A stretch of 64,000 nt of DNA. It comes from Blepharisma stoltei ATCC 30299. Lineage: Eukaryota; Protista; Ciliophora. A program made the translations under genes and the position numbers. Where the stretch lies: the NCBI GenBank assembly GCA_965603825.1, contig CBFDEM010000033.1, positions 620,001 to 684,000 on the forward strand, in the 5' to 3' direction. This document shows, piece by piece, positions 45,888 to 57,097 of this stretch. The notes beneath the pieces are model-generated. The model ran no database searches and had not been told where the DNA came from. It worked only from the letters and a program-made list of their open reading frames with translations. The first letter of the stretch is position 1; each line of letters starts with the position of its first letter.

Positions 45888-48020
45888 TTAGCGCCTCTTA
45901 GTCTTTACTATCATCTTGCTCCTTGTGTTTTGGCTTTTCACGCTCATTCTATGCTTCATTCTTTTCCCCACTTTTTCTTCTTTTACTTTTTTATGGTTGA
46001 TTTTCCCAGATTTCTTAAACTTATTTTTCCTTTCCTTGACAATCTGATCCTTGCTTTTCAAATCTGCTTTTGGCTTATACCCGCCTCTAATTTTCTTAAT
46101 GTTTTCTGGATCTTCAGCTTCCCCGATTTTTTGAATTCTTTTTTTCGTCTGATTTGACCATTGTTTGTAGAGTTTCCTGGACTTCCCATCTATTTCAAAC
46201 TTTTTCTTATGTGAAGACTGGTCTTGTATGTATTTTTTCTTTTTGTTATCCCATTTATTTTTGTCTTTTTTCGCAAGTCCTTTTTCATCATCCATAGGCA
46301 ATTCTAAAGAAAGCTGAGAAAAATCTTGACCTTTTTCGAAAAAATGTGTACCATCATATTGGACGAAATCTTGAGCTTTAAATGAAGTCATTTGTCCTCG
46401 TTTCTTTTTTTGGGTTCCTTCACTATTCTGCAGCTGCATATGCTTGCTTATTCCTTCTCTTACCATAACTTCTAGTTCTTTTTCTTCACTTTCGTCAATT
46501 TGTTCAACTTCTGCACTTTTTTCATTATTTTCTTTTTTTCTCATCAGTGATAATCTTTTTTCTCTAATGGCATTTGCAGCTTCTTCTCCTTGTGTATTTT
46601 GTGTATTTAATTCAATGATATTAAAAGCTGGCCTGAATTCTTTTAATTTTTTAGTAAAATCGTCAGTTTCTTTGTTAACTTCGAATCTTGGATGCAGCCC
46701 ATATTGAAATTCCTTAGCTCTTTTCGCAGATTCAAGGCTTGCACTTTCTTTTGTTTTATTATATAACTTTGTTGCGTTTTTCACTGATAGTTTTTTCCTC
46801 ATAAGTTCGTCTGGGTCAATGCAGAGACATAACTGGTTTAAATCTTCTCGTTCTTGTGTAATTTCTGCTTCCCCGAAATACCCTATGTTTTTGATTTCTG
46901 GGTTTCCTATATGCATTATTGTATCAATATAATAAGGAATATCTGGGTTTGTGATAAGGGCGTAGCAGTGGCCATCTCGTCCAGCCCTTGCAGCTCTCCC
47001 TGATCTGTGGATAAATAGCTTTGGGGTGGATGGGAAATCATAATGAATTACATTGTCGAGTAAAGGAATATCAAGACCTCTGGCAGATACATCAGTAGTT
47101 ATCATAAGCTTTACATGTTTTCTTCTAAATTTATCTAAAGCGTTATTTCTGGCTTCTTGATCTAAAGCACCATACAGTCCAATGCATTTTATGTTACCTT
47201 TGTTTAGAAGAAATTCAAGATATTCTACATGATGCCTTGTGGATACAAAAATCATAGTCAGCTCGTCAGGGCTTTCTAAATTCACAACATGTTTTAATAT
47301 ATACATCAGTGCACAATCTTTATCCTCAGATCTGATGACAAAAAAATCAAGTTTTAGCTCAGTCGGCAGCTTGTATTCTTGATCAAGCTTTACCAATGTC
47401 GGGTGGCTTAGCCCTGTTTTTGCAAATTGTGTTAAAAACTCTGGAAGAGTCGCTGAAAAACATAAAGTCTGCTTATTTGGATTTGTGGTTGAAGATAAGA
47501 TTTCTTGGACCTGCTCCATTAAGCCCATCTCTATTAATCTATCAGATTCGTCCAATACGACCATTTCAACTGATGCCAATGAATAATTAAGTTCTAATAT
47601 AAAATGCATAAGTCTCCCAGGCGTCGCAATAATTATATCAGGATTTTCCGCAAGCTTTGAAAATTCATTTTTCAGTCCTTCCCCACCAACAAGGACACAG
47701 ACCTTCAATGAAGAAAATTTGCATAATTCAATCGCAAATTTTAATGTCTGCATCGCCAATTCACGTGTAGGAGAAATCACAAGCCCACGAGCTCCGACCA
47801 CAGTGGAATGCTCCTTAAGTTTCTGTATCATTGGGATCAGAAAAGCTGCTGTTTTGCCAGATCCAGTTCTAGCCACAGCAATCATGTCTTGTCCAGATAA
47901 AGCAACTGGGATGACTTTTCTTTGGATAGGAGTGGGCAATGTATAGCCTTTTTTCTTGATGGCTCGAAAGAGATAAGGATGTAAACTCATAGTTTCGAAT
48001 CCACATCCAGATTTGACCAT
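45888..48020 (-). CDS. DDX54: DEAD-box RNA helicase DDX54/Dbp10
   Basis: KSG.GFETM.L...YTLPTPIQRK, ARTGSGKT, DESD, SAT, HRSGRAARAG, and a DBP10 C-terminal KWDNKKKKY...LYKQW. Confidence 0.92.
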   Translation of the reverse strand: MVKSGCGFETMSLHPYLFRAIKKKGYTLPTPIQRKVIPVALSGQDMIAVARTGSGKTAAFLIPMIQKLKEHSTVVGARGLVISPTRELAMQTLKFAIELCKFSSLKVCVLVGGEGLKNEFSKLAENPDIIIATPGRLMHFILELNYSLASVEMVVLDESDRLIEMGLMEQVQEILSSTTNPNKQTLCFSATLPEFLTQFAKTGLSHPTLVKLDQEYKLPTELKLDFFVIRSEDKDCALMYILKHVVNLESPDELTMIFVSTRHHVEYLEFLLNKGNIKCIGLYGALDQEARNNALDKFRRKHVKLMITTDVSARGLDIPLLDNVIHYDFPSTPKLFIHRSGRAARAGRDGHCYALITNPDIPYYIDTIMHIGNPEIKNIGYFGEAEITQEREDLNQLCLCIDPDELMRKKLSVKNATKLYNKTKESASLESAKRAKEFQYGLHPRFEVNKETDDFTKKLKEFRPAFNIIELNTQNTQGEEAANAIREKRLSLMRKKENNEKSAEVEQIDESEEKELEVMVREGISKHMQLQNSEGTQKKKRGQMTSFKAQDFVQYDGTHFFEKGQDFSQLSLELPMDDEKGLAKKDKNKWDNKKKKYIQDQSSHKKKFEIDGKSRKLYKQWSNQTKKRIQKIGEAEDPENIKKIRGGYKPKADLKSKDQIVKERKNKFKKSGKINHKKVKEEKVGKRMKHRMSVKSQNTRSKMIVKTKRR

Positions 48021-48060
48021 TTTTATGACTTATAAGGAAGTTTATGGGTTTTTAAGGAAA

Positions 48061-48357
48061 TTAGATATTTTTGCTGTCAAGCTTAGATAGAAGTAAATCA
48101 CACACGGAGGTTAACTGGTTAAGGGAAGCTTCTAGGGTTTCTAATGGAGGGTTTTTGTAGGTTTGAAGACGGATATTCATTACAGGTTCTGCTGGATGAG
48201 GAACACTGTAGCCACAGAACTCGACATCTTGGTTTTTAATTAGAAGATATCGCAGGGCGTTTCCTATTGTGTGGCCTTCTCCTGTGAATGCAAATGTGCA
48301 GCCTTTCCCAGTCTCGTCTTCTGCCACAGAGAACTTTTTATTGTCGCTTGATTCCAT
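48061..48357 (-). CDS. RPAC2: RNA polymerase I/III shared subunit AC19
   Basis: TFAFTGEGHTIGNALRY...VEFCGYSVPHP...NIRLQT. Confidence 0.93.
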   Translation of the reverse strand: MESSDNKKFSVAEDETGKGCTFAFTGEGHTIGNALRYLLIKNQDVEFCGYSVPHPAEPVMNIRLQTYKNPPLETLEASLNQLTSVCDLLLSKLDSKNI

Positions 48358-48564
48358 ATATTTAGCTATTTGATATTTCTCATTGTTATGGGAAATTTAT
48401 AAGTTTTTGCATTCTAATGATAAAATTAATTCAAAATACTTTGCTTTATGGAGTAAGCAAAATAAAATTATAATTTATTATATTTAATTCATAAATATTA
48501 ACTTTTTCGTTAATAAGTGTAGGTAGCTCTATATATTTCAATGATTCTCTTAGATTCTATCCAA

Positions 48565-48636
48565 GGGTTAATGGTGAAGTGGTATCACATCTGCTTTGCA
48601 AGCAGAAGGCCCCGAGTTCAATCCTCGGTTAATCCA
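48565..48636 (+). tRNA. tRNA-Ala(UGC)
   Basis: Acceptor GGGTTAA/TTAATCC with the G3:U70 Ala determinant; anticodon arm TCTGC-TTTGCAA-GCAGA; T-loop TTCAATC; oligo-T terminator. Confidence 0.95.
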
Positions 48637-48713
48637 TTTTTATACTATCTCTTTTACGAGAAACTTTATAATCTTCACAGGTATAACGATGAAATTAGAG
48701 TTTTAATAATAAA

Positions 48714-50375
48714 ATGGCTGCAGATGAGGCTGAGACTAAATGGGAGGACCTTATTGACTCCTCTGAAATGATCGAAGCCTTAAAATCCAACAACATGAAT
48801 GAGCCTACAGATATTCAACGATCTACCTTAAAGCAATCCTGCAAATTCAAGCAAGATCTGATTATTTCAGCTAAAACAGGCAGTGGGAAAACACTATGTT
48901 TTGCGATCCCAATTCTTCTTAGTGTTGAAAAAACCCAAGAAACCCAAGCAATTATCGTCTCTCCCACAAGAGAGCTTTGCTTACAAATCACAGCCCATTT
49001 AAATGCAATTAATTACAAAAAGCTCGACATTCAATGCTTAATCGGAGGCATTGCTCGAGAAAAACAAGAAAGGCTGCTCAACAGGCACCCTCAAATATTA
49101 GTAGGAACTCCTGGAAGACTCTGGGAATTTATATGTGACCGACAAAATGATGTAGTAAGAGACATTGCCAAGGCAAAATTTTTAGTTATCGACGAAGCTG
49201 ACAGGATGATTGAAATGGGCCATTTTAAAGAGCTGAGGCTTATACTAAATTATATTTATGATCCTAGCAGCGTTGCTAAAGAATCTATAGAGGTAGAAGG
49301 AGAAGGACCAATCCAAGACTTAAATTTTAATTTAGAAGGAGACATGATTGAAGAGTTTTTAGAAGAAGAGAAAAATGATAAGAAAAAAAAAGAAGAAAAA
49401 AAGAAAAACACAGTCAAAAGGCAAACTTTTTTGATTTCAGCCACCATGACTATTGAAAACCAGGCACGAAAAGTAATAAAACCTTTACAAGGGCCAAATA
49501 AAAAAAAAGATAATGAAGAAACTGTGGTAGACAAGCTAAAAAAATTGGTACAGTTTAGAGGGAAGCCTGTAGTAGTAGATCTCACACAAAAGGAGCAGCT
49601 TCCAAGCGAACTTACTGAGTATAAGATAAGCTGCAATGATGAGGAAAAAGAAAGCCTATTGCACTATCTTCTAAAAGAATTTGAAAACAAAAAAACAATA
49701 ATTTTTGCTAATACAATTAAACAAGAAAGAAGGATAATTGAAGTCTTAAAACTTCTAGGCCACTCTGTCCTCAGACTAGATGGAAAAATGCCTCAGAGAG
49801 ACAGATTTAAACGTCTCGAAAAGTAATTCCTATATAGATTCCAACAAGGCGGCTATATTCTTATAGCAACTGACGTAGCTGGCAGAGGTCTCGATCTCCC
49901 TGAAGTAGGCCTTATTATTCATTTCAGCCTCCCCAAAACTGCTGAAAACTACATCCACCGATGTGGGAGAACAGCTAGAATTTACCATAAAGGGACGTCT
50001 ATTGTCCTTGTAGGGCCATCTGATGTCAGAAGCTTAAGGACAATCCAGACAATGCTTGGCCGAGACATTTTAAATTACCATTGCAACCTAGAAGAATGGA
50101 AAAGGGCTGAACATTTTGTAAAAATCGCCAAAGAAGTGTCACATATAGAAAACAGTCATCAGATAGGAAATAAACAAAGCAGCTGGGAACAAAAAGTGGC
50201 AGAAGAAGCGGGGCTGGATACTGAAGCAAAAATGGAAGCTGGGCCAAGGAAAAAGTTAAAGTTTTTGAAAAAACAGCTGGAGCAGTCAAAAGCTAAGGTA
50301 GAAGTACCGATGAAGAGAACTTCGGTGATCACCCCAGAGCTATTCCAAATGGCAAAACAACAAAAACTGATTTAA
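48714..50375 (+). CDS. DDX24: DEAD-box RNA helicase DDX24/Mak5 (548 aa)
   Basis: AKTGSGKTL.FAIP, GTPGRLWE, DEADRMIEMGHFKEL, RQTF..SAT. Intron 49823-49837 restores TDVAGRGLD and YIHRCGRTAR. Confidence 0.9.
49823..49837 (+). other. 15-nt spliceosomal intron
   Basis: gtaattcctatatag; phase 2, in-frame TAA. Confidence 0.92.
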
Positions 50376-50392
50376 ATTTACAAAATTTTCAG

Positions 50393-51442
50393 CTAATTAA
50401 GATTTTCTTCAAAAGTTACATAAAATGGCAAGCCTTCAGCTGAGCTTAATACAGCCCAGTTTCCATCACTAGCTGTAGCTAGATCCTAATTATAAATTAC
50501 TGTGATTTCGGCTGCAGGCTGAAGCATGGTTTCTCATATCATTGTGAAATCTATATAGCTAAACAAGCTTAAATACCCTCCAGAAGTCACAACCAGCAGC
50601 CCTTTATTTAAAAATCCACTGCAAAGGACTTCCACCACGTTTTCCTCATGTCTTTTTCTTTTTAACAAAATATTGGTATCCCCTTCACTGCTTATCAGAC
50701 TTAATGGGATTTCTATAATATTTCAATTTTCAGGCCGCAAAATAGTTAAACAGCCTTCTCCAGTTCTCCCACTTCTGGTGCCAGCTAATGCAAATCATAG
50801 CCCAGCGCTTGGTTTTCTTATGACTTCTACACTCTCTTCGTCAGCTTCTTCTTGCTCATATCTGATTTCTAAAACTTGGGCAAAGCTGGGGTAATTTCAA
50901 ACTTTTACTTTATTTTCGCTACCTTGGGATAATATAAAATTGTTTAAAACTGCTAAACCTGTGACTCAACCTTCATGGGCGCGGATTTTTCTGCTGATTT
51001 TTAGTCTGAAGCCATCTTCATTGCAACTGACATGACAAATATAGATAATATTGTCAATTCCACAGCTTATAATGTCCTGGTTAATCCATTCAATATCTTT
51101 AATATCATATGTATGCAGTTTTGACCCAGCTAGATTAGATCATTTTTCAGGCCTGATTTCTCTTCTCGTTATTAATTCAATATATCCTTCACTGCTGCCA
51201 CAGGCTATCATATATTCATTATTAAGCTTGACTTTACTATATTTTATTGCTGTAATTCCTCCCCCTCCGAATATTGAAGAGCTGCAGGTCAAAATGCATT
51301 GGTCTTTGTGGATTGCTTCAAAGCGGTAATATTTTATGTTCCCATCTTCACAGCCTATGACGATTCTTGAGTTGTCTGGCTGAATGTCAATGCAGTTTAT
51401 ACCTATATTACCTTGTGCTGTTGTAAGAGCGATTACCGCCAT
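50393..51442 (-). CDS. WD40-repeat protein resembling the HIRA/Hir1 N-terminal propeller (344 aa)
   Basis: Six TGA=Trp plus intron 50486-50500 give one frame. INCIDIQPD, HTYDIKDIEW, AHEGWVTGL...SQGSENKVKVW and ITDLATASDG follow HIRA blade order. Confidence 0.7.
50486..50500 (-). other. 15-nt spliceosomal intron
   Basis: gtaatttataattag on the minus strand. Confidence 0.88.
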
Positions 51443-51529
51443 CTTATTTAAATAAAATTAATCAATTTTTTGTAATATAATGATGATTTATATGCGGAAA
51501 TGTGCAATATTAATTAGATATTTGTGAAT

Positions 51530-52420
51530 TTATTTGGATGAATTTCCTATAAGCCTCATCGTCATCTCATATGCCAAGAATGTAATTCCATTAACAGGAA
51601 AAGCTCTTGCCATGCACGGTATAAATCCTTTATACAGCCCTGCAGCCCCTTCACTTGCAATTGTTTTTTTAATGCAATCCATCGTCCCCTTATAAGCAGG
51701 GTTAGCTAACGAGTCAGCCTGAAGTTTTGACTTAATCGCATCAATTGGGTACCAAGGAGCCCAATACGCATACCCACAGAATCCTCCCGTCAAAAACAAA
51801 TAAAGCATAGGGACATCTTTTTTAGTCCCACCTTTAGGTATCAAATATTTATTAATAATATATTCATAGCACCCAAAATACGTCGCAAATGTGCAGGCTT
51901 CTCTCAATAATGTAATATAAAACCCTTTAAAAATCCCTCTTAGGCCATGATTTCTGCTGATAGTCCTAATACAGTCTATATCACCTTTATATATTGGGTC
52001 GCCTCTTGGGTCGACTTTTCCTTGAATTTGCATGCGTATCCTGAAATTTTCTGCAGGACAAGAAACTATGGTATTCGCCATCCCTGCAATTGAGCCACAT
52101 AAAGCGTAATCTAAGGTTTCCAGGTCTTTTCCACCTTTAAAATGTTTCAGAAGCCTTTTACTGTTTTCCAGAACTCCAAATTGAATAGAAACGCATGCTC
52201 CAACACCTATAAGAGGCCCTGTGGAGCCTCTCCAAAATGCTAAAACCCCTTCATTTTTTATGACTGAAAGAGTCGCGGCTACTGCACTTTGGCGCTGAGA
52301 ACTTGCTGCGAGCCTTACTTTAATCATGTCAAATGGCTGGCCTGAGAGAACTTGGGCAAAACCTCCAATGGTCCCACCTACGAAGTCTTTGAGGTTTTCT
52401 GAAAAATTAGCCTCAGACAT
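51530..52420 (-). CDS. Mitochondrial carrier (carnitine/basic amino acid, Ymc1/SLC25A20-like)
   Basis: Three Px[DE]xx[KR]x[KR] signatures (PFDMIKVR, PAENFRIR, PIDAIKSK) and RAFPVN. Confidence 0.92.
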   Translation of the reverse strand: MSEANFSENLKDFVGGTIGGFAQVLSGQPFDMIKVRLAASSQRQSAVAATLSVIKNEGVLAFWRGSTGPLIGVGACVSIQFGVLENSKRLLKHFKGGKDLETLDYALCGSIAGMANTIVSCPAENFRIRMQIQGKVDPRGDPIYKGDIDCIRTISRNHGLRGIFKGFYITLLREACTFATYFGCYEYIINKYLIPKGGTKKDVPMLYLFLTGGFCGYAYWAPWYPIDAIKSKLQADSLANPAYKGTMDCIKKTIASEGAAGLYKGFIPCMARAFPVNGITFLAYEMTMRLIGNSSK

Positions 52421-52474
52421 TTTTAATAAAAAACCAAAATTAGTGCTATAAATATTAATTTTTTGTATAAATAA

Positions 52475-53317
52475 CTACACTGCGTCTCTAGCAAGCTTAA
52501 AAGGACAAACGGGGATTTCTTCTTGGTATTCGTCTTCGACTACTAAAATTTCATCTTTAGGATACTTTATATACTCCTTAAGTTTCGAAGGAGAAAACTT
52601 TTCTATTCTCGTTGTTTTCATTTTATACATAAATGAGCCATGTGGCGAATTATTCGGACTAGATGTCTCGCTTTTGAAATTTTTTGCTGAAATTTCCATA
52701 TCACAAATTCTTTTGGCTTTTAGAGGATGGTAATAGCTATTATACAAAGCTTTGCTCATTAGCTTTGGAGAGGTATTTTGCAGAGGAAGATTGATTTTAT
52801 AGGTTTTTGAAGAATCAATTTTGTTATTTGCTCTTGGGGATTTAGTGCTATCAATATCAAAAGTTTTAAGGAGCTTCTCTGATGCACTCGGTCGAACGAA
52901 ATCATGGGTTTCTATATACTCTAGCTCTTCTTTATTGTGGAGGCAGTATTTTAATTCTAAATTCTTGTATATTTCTTTATAAATCTCTGTTCGCTTTTGT
53001 GCCTCCCATTTCAATGATCCTATAACATTTTCTTTTATTATCTTCCTAGAGACTGGACTATTAGATTTTATTTTAGGTTTTTGCTTGACCTGCTTCTTAT
53101 GCACTCTTGGGCTTTTAGAAGCTGTTTCTTCAAGTTTAGAAGGTTTTTTCAAAGATATATTTTTAACTACACATTTTGGACTTTGAGTTTGTCCATTGTC
53201 AACTTTCCGCTGTGAATCATGTTTTCTTTTAGGACTTCCAAGCTTTTGCCCTTTTTCAACTAAATTAAAAGCTTTTGCTTTTAAAGATTCCTTTCTAGTG
53301 AACTTTTCACCTATCAT
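52475..53317 (-). CDS. Basic, SP-rich hypothetical protein (280 aa)
   Basis: Clean ORF; no domain recognised. Confidence 0.65.
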   Translation of the reverse strand: MIGEKFTRKESLKAKAFNLVEKGQKLGSPKRKHDSQRKVDNGQTQSPKCVVKNISLKKPSKLEETASKSPRVHKKQVKQKPKIKSNSPVSRKIIKENVIGSLKWEAQKRTEIYKEIYKNLELKYCLHNKEELEYIETHDFVRPSASEKLLKTFDIDSTKSPRANNKIDSSKTYKINLPLQNTSPKLMSKALYNSYYHPLKAKRICDMEISAKNFKSETSSPNNSPHGSFMYKMKTTRIEKFSPSKLKEYIKYPKDEILVVEDEYQEEIPVCPFKLARDAV

Positions 53318-54001
53318 TTTTAATAATCTCAGAAATTTGAAACCTTTATTAATTATCGTAAATAGTCCATATTAAGACTATAGAATTGAGTTATTGAAGT
53401 ATTTAACTTAAAATAAATATCATATATATCAAATTTATTATTAGAATATTTGTTTGTGTGTGGTTAGATTAATAAATTAATTTTTATGCGTCATTATAAT
53501 AATTTATATAGAAATAATGAGATTCTTTAAAAATAGGATTTATTTCATAAATAAAAATTAAACTAAAAAAGCAGATTAATAATATATATTTATCAAAAAC
53601 TTTTAATTATCCAAATTTTGCCCTTTGATGTTATATAGCAATCTGATATATTTATATAGAAATTTGTGAAATATACTAAAAATAAAATTTAAACTTATTT
53701 ATCAAATTTTTGTTTAAGATAAATGCGATAATAATTAAACAAAAATTAGAAGTCTTATACGATCAAAGCTATGCTACTTGTTATAATATAGAATTTAATT
53801 AGCAAAACTTAACTAGAAACTCATTAATCAAAAATAGTTGGATTTTGCTGGGCACTCAGAATGCTGATGAGCAAGATTTTAAAAAAATTATATGATGCTT
53901 CAAAATAAGGGTTTCTGTGAGAATTAAAGCACTAGCCCATTCTTAGCATTAAATAATTTGGAAATTAATTTAAGTAAAATGGGGGTATATAAATAATTTT
54001 A

Positions 54002-56659
54002 ATGGAGACATTAAAAAGTACCCAAGGAACGTCTGATAAACTTTATCAAATGGTGGGGAATTTAATATCAAGATTGCTAGAAAGTAAATGAATCAGAAAT
54101 TTCCCAAATAGACCAAATTGTATCTTCCCTGCTCCTGAAGCCCCTTGAAGCTCAAGATTTGCAAAGCGAATGCGATTTTTACTATGTGGGATCAATGATA
54201 AACTACCATAATATGATTAATGAAGGTTTTCTGAAGTCGCTAGAAGCGTGTTTGCCATATCTTGTAAATTTGATCATAAAATTAGCAACCATTAGAAATG
54301 AATGCTGTATAGATGCATTAATAAAGATTCTCACCCTCTCTTGCTTCGCTGCAACAATTAACAATTCAATTTTAGGTCAAGAAATGTTTGCAGCAATCAT
54401 ACCTTTTTTCCAATTAAACTTCTCCAGATTTAATACTAAAAATAGCCCCGCATTATATATGGATTTGCTCTTAAGGAGGTTCTTACAATTTTTGAATTTC
54501 ACACTTGTCGAAAATATGGATTTTGAATTTGATTTAGAATTTTGGATAAAAGTGCTTGATATTATTTCAAAAGAAAAAACCTGAAATCTACTATTTCTCG
54601 CTTTAAGTCGGTATCTAAATTTAACTGCCAAAAAAGGAGTAGAAAGAAAAAGTAAGGAAGAAATAAAAAACATTAAAAAAAGAAGATCCGAAATGTTTCT
54701 CAGGCTTATCCTTCAAAAGCAAGTAAGCAATAACTTTCAACCAGGAGATGATAAATATGTATTTTTTTGTAAGAACAAATATTGGACATCATTTTCTGTA
54801 AATTTTTATAGGGAAAAGGCTATAGAAATGGCTGGTAATGTCAAAGCTAGTTCATCATATTTTGGCGAAGTAATAAATATTCTTGATTGGTATATGATAA
54901 TTAAAAAACGAAGAAATATTGGGTTTATAATCAGCGAATCGCAGCTTTACAAGTTTTTCGATTGGCCAAAAATATGAAAAGAAAAAATTAGACAATTTGA
55001 TGCTCTAGCTACATATCAAATACATGCCAACTCATATGATCTGAACTTCTTAAGAGAGTACTTCTCAAATATATGACAAATGGATGACTGATATAGAAAT
55101 ATTTCGGATGCTGAAAAAATTATTTTAGAACTCTTGCTGTTGAATTACAATAACAAGACTTTTAATGAAGATTTTGAGGCTTTAGCAGTGAAATTCTCCT
55201 TCAGATTTTTCGAGCATGTCTATGAAAATGCTAGCAAATACATAATAAGAGAGGGTACTAAAATTATAGAGATATTTTCATTGATTTTTAAATTTTTACC
55301 TCAATCTTGGGAATTTATTAAAGCAAATGCAAAAATGGATGATGGAGACATCATAATATTAAAATTTAAAAATATTAAAGATCGCTACTCCAAATGTCTT
55401 TTGTTGATTTATCTCCAAGATTTGAATAAAAATTATTCAGTTACAGCAGCTCTAGCATATTTTTTAAGATTTATTGATCATCTAATTAACTACCTTCAGA
55501 GCAGAAAAGGTTATGATTCATTTTGCATTGATATTTTATTCTCAAATAATGTTAATGGATTTAGTCTAAGTAATATTGACTATAATGATCCTCAACACTG
55601 TGCTAAAATTCTCATGAGTATTTTCTGAGAGACTGATTTCCGGGGAAAAAAATGAATAATGGAACTTAAAAAAAAGAAAAAAAGAATTGAAGAAATAAAA
55701 AATCAAAGCAAAGAGATAAAACCAGAAAATAATTTTGAAAATACTAACCCATTGTATGAATCACCAAGCGATTGAAGCCAACTTTCTAATGAAAAAAAGC
55801 TCAAGATTGATAATCTTGAAAACTTAAGCATTTGAGATAATCTGATATCTAAAACAAACACTAAATTGATTATTGATCTTTTAAATGATTTCAAAGAATC
55901 ATACATTCTAAAAATGCTATTTGATAAAGATTGATTTCAACCTCAAGTCAAAAAATGGCTACTTTCACAGCTAAAGAACCTATTTAATCTAAGCTTAAAA
56001 CGCTCTGAAAAATCTGTAAATTTTATCGCTGAAACAAACTCCTTTGTAATAAGACTAATTTCAAACAACTAAACCTGATCGAAATCAAATAAATGATTTT
56101 AAAAATCTGATTGAATCAAACGTAGTTGCTGAAGGATTTAACAAAATTAATTTAAAATTTGATAATACGAAGCCTTATTATAATCAAGTTTATTTCGCTT
56201 CATTGCCAGATGATTTAGCAAGTGTCACAATTTTTGGAGGAGATATCCTTATTAACTCAAAATATAATAATACTGAGAAAATAAACAGATGTGCACAAAA
56301 AATAATATTCTTGCATGAACTTGCACATCATATAAGGAAAATGGAGCCAGGATTTTATGATATATCCAGAAAAACTCCAACTAATGGTGAAACGCTCTTT
56401 AAAGGTGTACCCGGAAAAGCCTTTAAAGTTTTCTGACGAAGAAGGAGCAAAGCTTGAAGCAGCAATTTTTGGCTTATTTTTAGTGGGAATCAGTGAAATG
56501 CAGATGCGCTTTTTGAATAACCCCGAAAATTGAAATTTATCTCTCCTATTATTTAGAGACATATTGCAAAGGCGTTATTCAGTACATAAAAAAAATTTCC
56601 AACTTGGAAGATGCAATAATAAGCTATATTCATTGAAGAGAAAACTTCATCATGGTTAA
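54002..56659 (+). pseudogene. Large HExxH (zincin-like) protein gene broken by three +1 frameshifts
   Basis: UGA=Trp joins track ORFs 54159-55628 into one frame to ~56070. Frame changes at ~54083, ~56065 and ~56420 link to [10 protein letters not shown]...TP and [12 protein letters not shown]...FLNNPENW. Confidence 0.65.
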
Positions 56660-57097
56660 TTTTTAGAATTAAGTATAGAATTATCTGCGTAATGAGTTTT
56701 TATTATAAATAGATTTATGATTTTATATTTAAGATTTAAGATTTTAAGCTCTTTGCTGATTTTTAGAAAATAATTTAAAAGCAATTTTAATAGCAAAATG
56801 GGGGACTAATATAAATAATCAAATAAAACCTTAGAAAATGTCCATGGAAAACCAACTTTATACCCCGATAGTATGGAGATTTTAATATCCTAAGACTATA
56901 TAATTTTTTAAAAACTCAAAAGAAGATATAAAGAGTCTGTATCACAATATCAATAAACAATTTTCTTAGAAAATATCCAAAACCTTTTTAAATGGCAGAA
57001 GCACATAATGATCTAATATTATTATCGAGCATGATATGAAGAATTAAAATATTGTTGATTAATATCTCAGAACTTGAAATAGAAATTTATATATTAT

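Noticed and set aside
53320-54000. Very AT-rich 680-nt spacer as a possible MITE or IES
   Set aside because: No convincing terminal inverted or direct repeats were found by eye, and there is no interrupted ORF to define boundaries.
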